Origin: Clostridium sp. CAG:508
Lineage (GTDB): Bacteria > Bacillota > Clostridia > TANB77 > CAG-508
Direction: 5' to 3'
NCBI GenBank assembly: GCA_000435755.1
Contig: FR889081.1
Location: 24,466 to 82,547 of the forward strand
Length of the DNA stretch: 58,082 nt
In this document: one piece after another, positions 19,494 through 28,189 of the stretch
Layout: the number at the start of each line of letters is the position of its first letter
How positions within the stretch are numbered: position 1 is the stretch's first letter
The notes under the pieces: model-generated
What the model was told of the DNA's origin: nothing
Seen by the model: only the letters and a program-made list of their open reading frames with translations
Database searches by the model: none
Translations under genes and position numbers: made by a program

Positions 19494-21326
19494 TTAGTAT
19501 TTTATATTGTACTTTTTATATTTTATTGCAAATATTACTCCTGCTACTATTACTAATGTTATTGCAACATATATTACTATACTAGCTCCTGTTTGTGGAA
19601 GTTTTCCTGTTGCTGTTGTGTTGTCAATTGTAGTATCATCATTTCCTAAGTTCCATTTGAAATTATCATTTAAGTAATCAAATAAGTTCTTGCTCGTTTT
19701 TCCATCTTTTTCATATGTCAATGCTTGATATAATGACACATCTTCTACTGGAAAATATTTTCCATTCTCATCATCTAGTACCATATATACATAATAATAT
19801 TCATCATTTACTAGATTTAATTTATTTGTTATAGATTCAGACCTTCCTAGAGGAACTGTACCTGTATATATAGAATCTGCATTTTTAGCATAATCTAATA
19901 ATTTTTGTAAACAATCTGTTTCACCATTTTTTATAGCTCTTAATATACTTTTATCTGTTACTTTTCCTATTTTTACATTTATTTTTCTTGCATTTTCATA
20001 ACTATATGCCTCAAATAAATGTGTTGAAGTCTCCTCATTAAGGAAGTAACATTTCATTCTTGTTCCTATTTTTTTAAGTGCTGGTCTTTCTATTTTTTGC
20101 GCTTCAATAATGCATTTATTTTGACGTACATTATTTACTATTTGTGTTTCATATATCCATACATAAATATCTCCAGATTTTTCAAGATATTTACTAATTG
20201 AAAATCCTGGTTTATTTGTTACTGGAAGATTCTCATTTTCTATCCATCCAGTATCAGGAACTGTTGGTGCTATTTTTCCATTAGATATAAATCCATAATA
20301 CTTTCCATCTTCTTTTAATCCAGTTACCTTTAGATAAAAATCTTCTGTAACTGTGAATTTTATGTTTGATGGATCTGTCCAAACAATGCCATCATTTTTA
20401 GATACAGTAACTATACAAGTGGCAGTGTAGTTTCCATCTTTGGTCTTTACTGTTATTTTAGCTGTTCCTTCTTTAATAGCTGTTACTTTTCCAGCTGTAT
20501 CAACTGTAGCTATTTGAGTGTTGTCGCTTTCCCAAGTAACATTTTTATTTGTTGCATTTGTTGGGTTTATTGTAGCTGTTAATGTAGCTGTTTCTCCAAC
20601 CTTAATGTCTAAAGTCGATTTATTTAAACTTACAGATGTAACACTAACTTCAGTTGGTTTAGTACCATTCATAGAATATATTTCTTGGTCATAATATGTA
20701 TTTGTTCCTGTTACTAATTTAGCCCATATAGAAAATGATTTTTTTCCTGAAAATTGTGTTAAATTAACTTTGAAACTTCCATCAGTTGTTTTAGTCCAAT
20801 TAGAATCATTGTACATTGGAAGTTTATCCTTTACTTGATTATTTATTTGTGATACCTTGGCATTATATTCATCTACTTTGGTATTATATTCTTTTACTTT
20901 ATTTGTATAGTTGGTATTTGCTGTTTCATATTCTGTTTTAGCTACATTTATTTGTTCCTCTGTTAAATTGTTACTTATTGCATTTTGATATGTAGTATAT
21001 TTTTCGTCTTTAATAGTTTTTAAATTATTGTATTCTTCTTTTAAAGAATTCATTTGTCTTTCTATTGTTGACAATTCAGCTTTTCCATTTTCCTTTATCG
21101 TATTAATTTCATCATAAGTTGCATTTGATATTTCTACATTTTGATAATACAATGTATAGTTTGTTACAGAACTTTTTACAGTTATCTTTCCTTTTCCCTC
21201 ACTAACTATAAATGGAAATGATATTAGACTTTCTGGGTCTAAGTCCACTGAATGTGCACTTACTGTGCCTACTATTGCTATTAACATCAATGTTAGCAAT
21301 AACAAGATTTTCTTACATTTACTCAT
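19494..21326 (-). CDS. LPXTG-anchored cell-surface protein with coiled-coil region and a Big_2 (bacterial Ig-like) domain
   Basis: Signal peptide (..GTVSA|HS). Big_2-like VTSVSLNKSTLDIKVGETATLTATINPTNATNKNVTWESDNTQIATVD. C-terminal LPQTG, TM helix and basic tail. Confidence 0.8.
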   Translation of the reverse strand: MSKCKKILLLLTLMLIAIVGTVSAHSVDLDPESLISFPFIVSEGKGKITVKSSVTNYTLYYQNVEISNATYDEINTIKENGKAELSTIERQMNSLKEEYNNLKTIKDEKYTTYQNAISNNLTEEQINVAKTEYETANTNYTNKVKEYNTKVDEYNAKVSQINNQVKDKLPMYNDSNWTKTTDGSFKVNLTQFSGKKSFSIWAKLVTGTNTYYDQEIYSMNGTKPTEVSVTSVSLNKSTLDIKVGETATLTATINPTNATNKNVTWESDNTQIATVDTAGKVTAIKEGTAKITVKTKDGNYTATCIVTVSKNDGIVWTDPSNIKFTVTEDFYLKVTGLKEDGKYYGFISNGKIAPTVPDTGWIENENLPVTNKPGFSISKYLEKSGDIYVWIYETQIVNNVRQNKCIIEAQKIERPALKKIGTRMKCYFLNEETSTHLFEAYSYENARKINVKIGKVTDKSILRAIKNGETDCLQKLLDYAKNADSIYTGTVPLGRSESITNKLNLVNDEYYYVYMVLDDENGKYFPVEDVSLYQALTYEKDGKTSKNLFDYLNDNFKWNLGNDDTTIDNTTATGKLPQTGASIVIYVAITLVIVAGVIFAIKYKKYNIKY

Positions 21327-21364
21327 TTGTTTCTTCCCCCATTTTTTCCTTTATTGTTATCTTT

Positions 21365-21393
21365 ATATTAACACTCTTGTCGAATATTGTAAA
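21365..21393 (-). promoter_or_regulatory. Candidate sigma-A promoter of the LPXTG gene
   Basis: Minus strand: TTTACA (21393-21388), 17 nt, TAATAT (21370-21365). The spacer contains TGTCGAA on the plus strand (21378-21384), a perfect Spo0A-box heptamer. Confidence 0.45.
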
Positions 21394-21410
21394 TAGCTTT
21401 TATATTTTTT

Positions 21411-22346
21411 CTAGTTGGAACCATGCTTTCTTCTGTCTATTACATATGTACTACCAGGTGTGGTCTTTGCTAAGTGTTTTACTTGTGCAGCAGTTTCACC
21501 TATTTCTAATACATTTTTAAATCTACCTTCATCTACTACAACTACTGCAATTGATATACTTGTAAGTGGGAATTGTTCTATTATACATTTTCTATTTGGT
21601 ACTTCTAAGTATCCTTTTTCAATATCTTTTTTATTAAAATATTTAAGTTCTCCTTGGTCAAATTCCAATACAATATTCTGACATATTTGCTCACAATTTA
21701 TATTAGAAGTAATGGCAACAAAGTCATCTCCTCCAATATGTCCTACAAAATTTCCTTCATCTTCTGTATCATGTAAATGATTTGATATACATCTTGCTGT
21801 AAACTTAATCATTTCATCTCCATTTAAAAATCCGTAAACATCATTATATGCTTTGAAATTATCTAAGTCTATATATAGAATTGAAAATTGTTCATTATTA
21901 AGTAAGCGTTTTTTTATTTCTGCTTGAATTTGAACATTACCTGGTAATCCTGTCAGTGGACTTACTCTACGGTTTGTATCAAGCAAGCGTATTACATTTT
22001 TAACTGTATAATATAGATATTCCTCATCAATTGGTGCTTTTATATAATGTTCAACACATGCTTGTAAAATTTGTACCCTGTGTTGTTTTTCTGTTATTGA
22101 TGAAATTACAATTATTGGAGTTATGCTATTGTCTTCATTTGCTCTAATTTTGTCACATAACTTTATGATATTTTCTTGTATTCCATCTTCATTTATTATT
22201 ATCAAAGCAGGAATATTTTTAAGTACTGTTTCTATGTCTGTTGTTTTAGCTTTTTTAAATTTATAATCTTTTTCTTTTTTAAACAACTCTGTCAATTTGT
22301 TTTTTAATTCATTTCCATCATCAATTAAATAAATCTCTTGTGCCAT
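21411..22346 (-). CDS. Response-regulator-like protein: degenerate receiver plus GGDEF-family domain with GGDDF signature
   Basis: Start moved to ATG 22346 (AAAGGAGA RBS 6 nt upstream; the track start 22409 overlaps the upstream gene). GGDEF fold motifs PLTGLPGN, DLDNFKAYNDVYGFLNGD, GHIGGDDF (21720-21734). Confidence 0.75.
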   Translation of the reverse strand: MAQEIYLIDDGNELKNKLTELFKKEKDYKFKKAKTTDIETVLKNIPALIIINEDGIQENIIKLCDKIRANEDNSITPIIVISSITEKQHRVQILQACVEHYIKAPIDEEYLYYTVKNVIRLLDTNRRVSPLTGLPGNVQIQAEIKKRLLNNEQFSILYIDLDNFKAYNDVYGFLNGDEMIKFTARCISNHLHDTEDEGNFVGHIGGDDFVAITSNINCEQICQNIVLEFDQGELKYFNKKDIEKGYLEVPNRKCIIEQFPLTSISIAVVVVDEGRFKNVLEIGETAAQVKHLAKTTPGSTYVIDRRKHGSN

Positions 22347-22362
22347 TATTGGTCTCCTTTTA

Positions 22363-23313
22363 TTATGGATTATATTGTAATTCTGCAGTTGCTTTTTCTG
22401 TATAGTCATTTACATTTGTAACTTCAACTGAAATAGTATTATTTCCTTCTCTTAAATATAAATATCCTACTTTAACTTTTTTTCTATTTACATTCGTTAT
22501 TTCATACTCTTCTCCATTAAGATTAGCTTTGATACTTTTTATTCCGTCTTTATCTTCTATTTCTATAGATATTTTTTGTTTATTGCGTCTAAGTGTCATT
22601 TTAGGCCTTGAAGTAGAAGTAGTAATTTCTCTTTCAATTTCTTCAATATTTCCATTTGTATCTACTGCTATTATTTTTATTTTCTTTAAACCTACTGTTA
22701 ATGGTACTTGTACAATCATTTCTGTTTGTCCCTGTTGATCTGCATTAACTGTAACTGGCTCCCCATCTTCCCATTGATATGTTATATATGCTATTCCTGT
22801 TTCATCTTTTGCCACAATCTTCATTTTATCGTTTCCATCTTTTGTTTCAATTTCAACAACTGGCTTTGTAATATCTACTCCTGTCAATAAATATTGTTTT
22901 TGAAATTTTACTCTTTTACCATTCATATCTTCTATTGTAAGATTTAAAACACTGTCATATCCTAAAAGAGTAATTTCTTCTCTCGCATTAGTACTTCCAA
23001 TTGGTATAGCACTTTCTTCTCCATTATTCCAAGAATATACTAACTTCGAAATTTCAATATTACTACTAATTTGTACAATAGCCTTATCATTTACTCTTCC
23101 TATTGTAACATATGGTATATTTTCTGGTTTTCTGTCATCTATATCTTTATATAAGGCATATGAGCCTTGTCCTGCAAGAGTAAGTCCAAATACCATAATT
23201 ATTACGGCAAAAAACATCACTATGCCTTTTATTTCTATTGGTCTGCCAGTTCTTATTTTTTTAGTTTTAACTTTTTCCTTCTTTTTATTTTCAACAGCAA
23301 GAATTTGATTCAT
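22363..23313 (-). CDS. Bitopic membrane protein with repeated beta-rich (Ig-like) extracellular modules, unknown function
   Basis: Basic N-terminus, one TM helix (GIVMFFAVIIMVFGLTLAG), then about three ~80-aa beta-strand-rich modules. Forms an operon with the GGDDF gene (16-nt gap). Confidence 0.5.
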   Translation of the reverse strand: MNQILAVENKKKEKVKTKKIRTGRPIEIKGIVMFFAVIIMVFGLTLAGQGSYALYKDIDDRKPENIPYVTIGRVNDKAIVQISSNIEISKLVYSWNNGEESAIPIGSTNAREEITLLGYDSVLNLTIEDMNGKRVKFQKQYLLTGVDITKPVVEIETKDGNDKMKIVAKDETGIAYITYQWEDGEPVTVNADQQGQTEMIVQVPLTVGLKKIKIIAVDTNGNIEEIEREITTSTSRPKMTLRRNKQKISIEIEDKDGIKSIKANLNGEEYEITNVNRKKVKVGYLYLREGNNTISVEVTNVNDYTEKATAELQYNP

Positions 23314-23350
23314 ATGTCCAACCTTCCTTTGTTACATTTTCACATAAAAT

Positions 23351-23379
23351 ATTATATCACAAGCGCTTTTTAATGTAAA
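23351..23379 (-). promoter_or_regulatory. Candidate promoter (extended -10) of the Ig-like/GGDDF operon
   Basis: Minus strand: TTTACA (23379-23374), 17 nt, TG-A-TATAAT (-10 at 23356-23351). Confidence 0.5.
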
Positions 23380-23380
23380 C

Positions 23381-23412
23381 AAAAAATAATGCTAAAATTA
23401 CTTTAGCATTAT
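23381..23412 (-). terminator. Rho-independent terminator of the adhesin gene
   Basis: Stem ataatgctaaa (23386-23396) / tttagcattat (23402-23412). The A-run at 23381-23385 gives a U-run on the minus transcript. Confidence 0.75.
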
Positions 23413-23420
23413 TTTTATTG

Positions 23421-26400
23421 TTAAATTACATATTTCTTGATTAAAACTATTCCTCCTGCAATCATGCTTATTGATGCTAATGCAAGTGTAGCATATGTAG
23501 GTGCATTACCTGTTGCAGTAGTTAGGATAACTGGTGCTTCATCGATATCATCTTCTCCTTTTTTGTTATTGCCTGGTGTTGAATCGATATCTGGTGAATT
23601 ATGTTCATTGTAATTTTCATAAATTTCAGCCCAGTTTGTTTTTAATCCCATGTTATTTTTTCCATTTATCCATGTAAGTATTATCTCTACTGTTTGGCTT
23701 TCTCCTGGTTTTATAAGGACATCTTTTAGTTGATCTGTTAGTACTTTTCCATCATCTGTTAATCTCCACTTTGGATTATCCTCTGCAACGAATTTTAGTC
23801 CTTCTGGAATATAGTCTATTATTTCTTTAGCATATCCTTCTATTTCGCCTTCATTCGTTACTTTAATACTAAATTTAAATTTTACAGTAGTTTTATTGAT
23901 TCTGTCTTGACGAATTTCAACTTTTGCTGGTGGCTCTGGATTTTCATCCCCTGTATGTCCTGTTTTAGTAACAGTTGTTTTTCCATTGTATGTTACTATT
24001 GATTCTGTTACCCATTTTTTTAGAGCCAAGTCAAAATATTTTACTTTAATTTTTTCTATATCTTGGTCGTCTTCTTCAGGAACATTGTTATCTGGAGTTG
24101 AGTCAATATCATCAACTTCATTTCCATCTTCATCTGCGTCATCAGCTATTTCTGCTGTATTTATTATAATTCTATCAGATGTATTTGGCTCTGTTACTTT
24201 AAATGCAATTTTTATATCTTTATAATCAGGCATTGTCATTGTTTCAGGATCAAATGCTTTTAATATATTATTTCCTTCAACAGTTTCATTTGCTTTAGAT
24301 AAATAGTTTGTTTTAATAAATTTTGCTTCTTTTACATCAGTAGTTTCAGTTCCATCTTCTTTATACATTTTCCATTTAAATGCAGTGTTTATTGTGTTTT
24401 CTGGTAAGAATTCTAGTCCTTCCGGTAAATTATCTTTAACTTCTTCAGCATATCCTGCCACATTACCTTCATTAAATATTCTTAATGTGTATATAACTGT
24501 ATTTCCATTTGCTACATCAACTGGATCTTTTGGATGTACATATTCATATTTGCCATCTGATGTTTTTGTAAATACTGGTGCTCTGTTTGTAATTTCTTTT
24601 TCATTTACACCTGTGATGAATTTTCTTAATGCTAAATCGAACTTTTTAAGTATCAATTTTTCAAAATCATCGTCATCTTGTTGTCCTGCAATGTATGTAT
24701 CTCCACGTTCTATTTCTGTATCTTTGTATTCTGGTAATGTTTCATCTGTTGGTAATACTACATTTGATTTTTGTGAGTCTCTATCAATTATAGCATTTCC
24801 ATTTTTATCAGTGAAATCTGTAATATCCGCAATATTTGTTATTTTTTCATATAAGCTAATATTGTCTTTTACTTTACATTTAATTTTAACATCAATATAA
24901 TCTAATACATTTCCGTCAAATGCTTTTAATAAAACTTTATCTGTATTGTTTGTTCTATCTTCATAGATTTGGTCTCTACTTGCAAAACTTGATGTTGTAG
25001 AAGATGTTATATTTGTTTTTACTGTTCTTCCATCTTCTGATAAAATCCATCCATATTTTGCATTTAGTTCGTCATCTACTATAAATTCTAATTGTTGTGG
25101 TAAATGGTCTGTTATTTCTGTTACATACCCGTCCAATTGACCTTCATTGTAGACACGAATAGTATATGTTACTATGTCACCATTATATACATTTACTGGT
25201 GTTTTTGGATGATTATATGTTGCTGTTGTTGAGCTTCCGTCTTTTAATGCATCAAGGACAACTTGTGGTTCTCTATTTGTAATTTCTTTGTTATTTACAG
25301 CTGTAATGAATTTTCTTAATGCTAAATCAAAGTATTTTCCAAACATTATTAAATCTTCAAAGTCATCATCGTCTTCTTGGCTTGTTGTACCATAGTTATC
25401 TTTGTTTACGTTATTTGGTTGAGAATCACGATCAATTACAGTTTCATTTCCATCTTTATCTTTATGCGCTGTTATTTCTGCTATATTTTTCAATCTTTGA
25501 TCTGTTGATTGAGTAGGTGCTACTACTTTACACTCAACTTCCACGTCAACATATTTTAATTCTGTTCCATTAAATGCTTCGATTAGTTTGTCTGCTAAAT
25601 AAGCTGTTTTTATTGTTTTTCCATCTCCTGATGGATTTGTCCATCCATAAGTTTGATTTATTGTACTTTCTGTATTTGGTACAAGTTCTAGTCCTGATGG
25701 TAAATAGTCTGTAAGTTCTGTTACATAACCATCTAATTCTCCTTCATTATATACTCTAATTTTGTATATTACCTTGTCGCCTGTTGTTACTGTTAATGGA
25801 TCTTTTGGATGTACTTTATTAACTGTAGTTATAGTTCCATCGGCCAATTTAGTCAATTCTGATGCATCTACTTGAGGTGTTCTATCAACTGATGGTGCTT
25901 GACCATTTATTGATATGATAAATTTTCTTAATGCTAAGTCAAAATGTTTTCCACCCATTATTAATTCTTCAAAATCATCATCATCTTGTTGGCTTGTTCT
26001 ATCATAATTATCTAAATCCACATTGTTTGGTTGTGAATCACGATCAGTTACATTTTCATTTCCGTCTTTATCTTTATGTGCTGTTATTTCTGCTATATTT
26101 TTTAGTTTTTGGTCTGTTGATTGAGCTGGAGCTACTACTTTACATTCAATTTCAACATCTAAATATTTTAGTTCTGTTCCATTAAATGCTGTAATTAATT
26201 TGTCAGCCAAATAACTTGTTTTTATTGTTTTTCCATCTCCTGATGGATTTGCCCATCCATAGGTTTGATTTATTGTACTTTCTGAGCTTGGTATAAACTC
26301 TAATCCTGATGGTAAATAATCAGTAATCTCTGTTGCATAACCATCTATTTTTCCTTCATTATATACTCTAATTTTGTATACTACTTTATCACCATTATTT

Positions 26401-27785
26401 ACTGTTAATGGATCCTTAGTATGTACTTTATTAGCTGTTGTTGTAGTTCCACTAATTAGTTTAGCTAACTCTGTTGCGTCTATTTGTGGTGTTCTATCAA
26501 TTGATGGTGCTTGACCATTTATTGATATAATGAATTTTCTTAATGCTAAGTCAAAGTATTTTTCCTCTTCTTTTATAACTGTTTTACTGTCATTAAAATC
26601 TACCTTGCTTTTTTCTACTTTTACAACTGGTTGGTCTTTAGCAGAATCTGGATTTTCTACTGACCAATATGTTGATTTTGTTGTTGTATATGAACCAGAT
26701 ATTTCAAGCTTGATTGATTCAATATTTGCACTTGTTGGTACAGAAATGTAAAAATCCTCTCCAACTAAATTTTTGATTGACTTATTTGTTTGATCTTTGT
26801 TTGAATCTAATAATGTTATACTTGAAATTACAGTATTATTTTGGTCTAAAAATTTCGCATCAAAAGAATAATTTATATTTCCTTGTCTTTGTAGTCTAAA
26901 TGGTCCAACTATGTAATTATCACCATTCTTTACAATTTTAGCATCTGTATCAGCTATCTTTATTGGGTTTGGTGTTACGTTACTATTATCAATAGTATAT
27001 GTGAAATCTGCTTTTTGTGGAGTTTGTACCAGGTAATCAAATAATGCTTGGCAAGCATTTGCTCTATCCCATCCATCATCTCCAAAGTTGATCATTGATT
27101 TAAATGTACTATTTTCTGTTCCTTGTACACTGTTTAACCAAAAATCAATACTTGTAACATGATATGAGTCTCCTTCTGGGTTTGTATAATACCATACTGC
27201 TATTTGTTGTACTGCATCTATATCATCATCTGTTAATAGATTTAGTTCATTAATTGTTACATCTGTATTAGAAACTTCTTCTGCATATGCTGCTGCAGCA
27301 TTCAATAAATTCTTTTTGTCTTGTACTGCTCTGTTTGCTTCTTCTGTTGTTGGGTTTGTTTTTGGTGCTACATAACAGTTGTCTAATATCCATAACAATG
27401 CTTTATATTCTTTACTTGAAGTGTCTGGTAAAACATTCTTATATTGATTTGGTGTTATACTGTTTGGATCTTTTAAATTAAAATATTGTGTGTAATGTGT
27501 TTCTTGTGGTGTTCCTGATACATAATCACTAGAACCAAATCCAGGGCCACCTTTTAAACAATATATTGTACTGTTTAAACCTTTATCATTACCATTTCCA
27601 TCTGTTTCATAAATTTTCCATACATTTTTGTTATTGCTTGCAAGTTTATATCCATAACCTGAATTTCTCAATAGTTTAATATTAAGATACATACTACCTG
27701 TAGCTGCTTTGACTGTAGTAAACAAGCTAAGCATACAAGTTACTAGAAACAAAATTGTTATAAATATTATTCCTTTTCTTTTCAT
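23421..27785 (-). CDS. Large surface adhesin: signal peptide, N-terminal thioester (TQXA-type) domain, five DUF11-type repeat modules, C-terminal hydrophobic anchor
   Basis: Candidate thioester pair Cys76 (TIYCLKGG) and Gln194 (QQIAVW, compare TQxA[IV]W). Five modules start at (K)[YHF]FDLAL[RK]K and carry VYNEG..GY...D.LP.GLEF and DRDS.PNN...DDDDFE. Tail is ..TATGNAPTYATLALASISMIAGGIVLIKKYVI. Confidence 0.75.
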   Translation of the reverse strand: MKRKGIIFITILFLVTCMLSLFTTVKAATGSMYLNIKLLRNSGYGYKLASNNKNVWKIYETDGNGNDKGLNSTIYCLKGGPGFGSSDYVSGTPQETHYTQYFNLKDPNSITPNQYKNVLPDTSSKEYKALLWILDNCYVAPKTNPTTEEANRAVQDKKNLLNAAAAYAEEVSNTDVTINELNLLTDDDIDAVQQIAVWYYTNPEGDSYHVTSIDFWLNSVQGTENSTFKSMINFGDDGWDRANACQALFDYLVQTPQKADFTYTIDNSNVTPNPIKIADTDAKIVKNGDNYIVGPFRLQRQGNINYSFDAKFLDQNNTVISSITLLDSNKDQTNKSIKNLVGEDFYISVPTSANIESIKLEISGSYTTTKSTYWSVENPDSAKDQPVVKVEKSKVDFNDSKTVIKEEEKYFDLALRKFIISINGQAPSIDRTPQIDATELAKLISGTTTTANKVHTKDPLTVNNGDKVVYKIRVYNEGKIDGYATEITDYLPSGLEFIPSSESTINQTYGWANPSGDGKTIKTSYLADKLITAFNGTELKYLDVEIECKVVAPAQSTDQKLKNIAEITAHKDKDGNENVTDRDSQPNNVDLDNYDRTSQQDDDDFEELIMGGKHFDLALRKFIISINGQAPSVDRTPQVDASELTKLADGTITTVNKVHPKDPLTVTTGDKVIYKIRVYNEGELDGYVTELTDYLPSGLELVPNTESTINQTYGWTNPSGDGKTIKTAYLADKLIEAFNGTELKYVDVEVECKVVAPTQSTDQRLKNIAEITAHKDKDGNETVIDRDSQPNNVNKDNYGTTSQEDDDDFEDLIMFGKYFDLALRKFITAVNNKEITNREPQVVLDALKDGSSTTATYNHPKTPVNVYNGDIVTYTIRVYNEGQLDGYVTEITDHLPQQLEFIVDDELNAKYGWILSEDGRTVKTNITSSTTSSFASRDQIYEDRTNNTDKVLLKAFDGNVLDYIDVKIKCKVKDNISLYEKITNIADITDFTDKNGNAIIDRDSQKSNVVLPTDETLPEYKDTEIERGDTYIAGQQDDDDFEKLILKKFDLALRKFITGVNEKEITNRAPVFTKTSDGKYEYVHPKDPVDVANGNTVIYTLRIFNEGNVAGYAEEVKDNLPEGLEFLPENTINTAFKWKMYKEDGTETTDVKEAKFIKTNYLSKANETVEGNNILKAFDPETMTMPDYKDIKIAFKVTEPNTSDRIIINTAEIADDADEDGNEVDDIDSTPDNNVPEEDDQDIEKIKVKYFDLALKKWVTESIVTYNGKTTVTKTGHTGDENPEPPAKVEIRQDRINKTTVKFKFSIKVTNEGEIEGYAKEIIDYIPEGLKFVAEDNPKWRLTDDGKVLTDQLKDVLIKPGESQTVEIILTWINGKNNMGLKTNWAEIYENYNEHNSPDIDSTPGNNKKGEDDIDEAPVILTTATGNAPTYATLALASISMIAGGIVLIKKYVI
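25335..26561 (-). repeat. Two tandem near-identical ~612-bp intragenic repeats (adhesin modules 1 and 2)
   Basis: aa 409-613 (25947-26561) and aa 614-817 (25335-25946) align end to end with roughly 85% identical residues (KYFDLALRKFIISINGQAPSIDRTPQ... vs KHFDLALRKFIISINGQAPSVDRTPQ...). Confidence 0.9.
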
Positions 27786-27822
27786 TGATTTACCTTCCTT
27801 TTAGTTATAATATTATACTTAT

Positions 27823-27851
27823 ATTTTACTTTCGTATTTTATCAATGTCAA
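27823..27851 (-). promoter_or_regulatory. Sigma-A promoter of the adhesin gene
   Basis: Minus strand: TTGACA (27851-27846), 17 nt, TAAAAT (27828-27823). About 38 nt upstream of the ATG at 27785. Confidence 0.6.
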
Positions 27852-27949
27852 TAGCAGTTTTTTCCTATGTTACATGCGTTTTTTTAACACTATTTTTTAT
27901 ACTTACGGATATACATTTTCCATTTTAAAATTTAATTTTTATGCATTAT

Positions 27950-27977
27950 ATTACAATTATATTACATTTTTGTAACA
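27950..27977 (-). promoter_or_regulatory. Triple direct repeat matching the WalR-type consensus (box A)
   Basis: Minus strand reads TGTTAC-AAAAA-TGTAAT-ATAAT-TGTAAT: three hexamers at 11-bp phasing, each fitting TGTWAH. Lies 98 nt upstream of the adhesin -35. Confidence 0.55.
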
Positions 27978-28048
27978 TTTTCAAGTTTTTTTAAGTTTTA
28001 CTATGTCTTTTATTAGATTTCCGTAAGAGTTTATCAATTTATTGCAAT

Positions 28049-28083
28049 AAAAAAATGAAACTTTATTAAGTTTCATTTTTTTG
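28049..28083 (-). terminator. Terminator following tRNA-Cys (bidirectional shape)
   Basis: Stem atgaaact (28055-28062) / agtttcat (28069-28076), with an A-run on one side and a T-run on the other. Confidence 0.7.
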
Positions 28084-28157
28084 TGGAGGCGCCTATCGGA
28101 ATCGAACCGATGATCAGAGTTTTGCAGACTCGTGCCTTACCGCTTGGCTAAGGCGCC
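28084..28157 (-). tRNA. tRNA-Cys (GCA)
   Basis: Reverse complement GGCGCCTTAGCCAAGCGGTAAGGCACGAGTCTGCAAAACTCTGATCATCGGTTCGATTCCGATAGGCGCCTCCA. Cloverleaf with anticodon loop CT-GCA-AA, T-loop TTCGATT and encoded CCA. Confidence 0.9.
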
Positions 28158-28189
28158 AAAAATATTTAATTATAGTCACGAATAAGTTT

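Noticed and set aside
22347-22409. 21-codon N-terminal extension of the GGDDF protein (track start 22409)
   Set aside because: It would overlap the upstream gene by 47 nt and lacks an RBS. ATG 22346 has AAAGGAGA at optimal spacing and begins exactly at the receiver domain.
27950-27977. Interpreting the hexamer repeats as PhoP boxes (TT[ATC]ACA direct repeats) rather than WalR-type boxes
   Set aside because: The reverse complement ATTACA misses the PhoP hexamer at position 1, whereas every hexamer fits TGTWAH exactly with N5 spacing. However, which OmpR-family regulator binds, if any, is not determinable from sequence.
23314-28083. c-di-GMP riboswitch upstream of the adhesin or LPXTG genes, as seen for C. 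difficile surface proteins
   Set aside because: The leaders are short and extremely AT-rich, with no GC-containing conserved riboswitch cores that I can recognise. Needs an Infernal scan to be certain.
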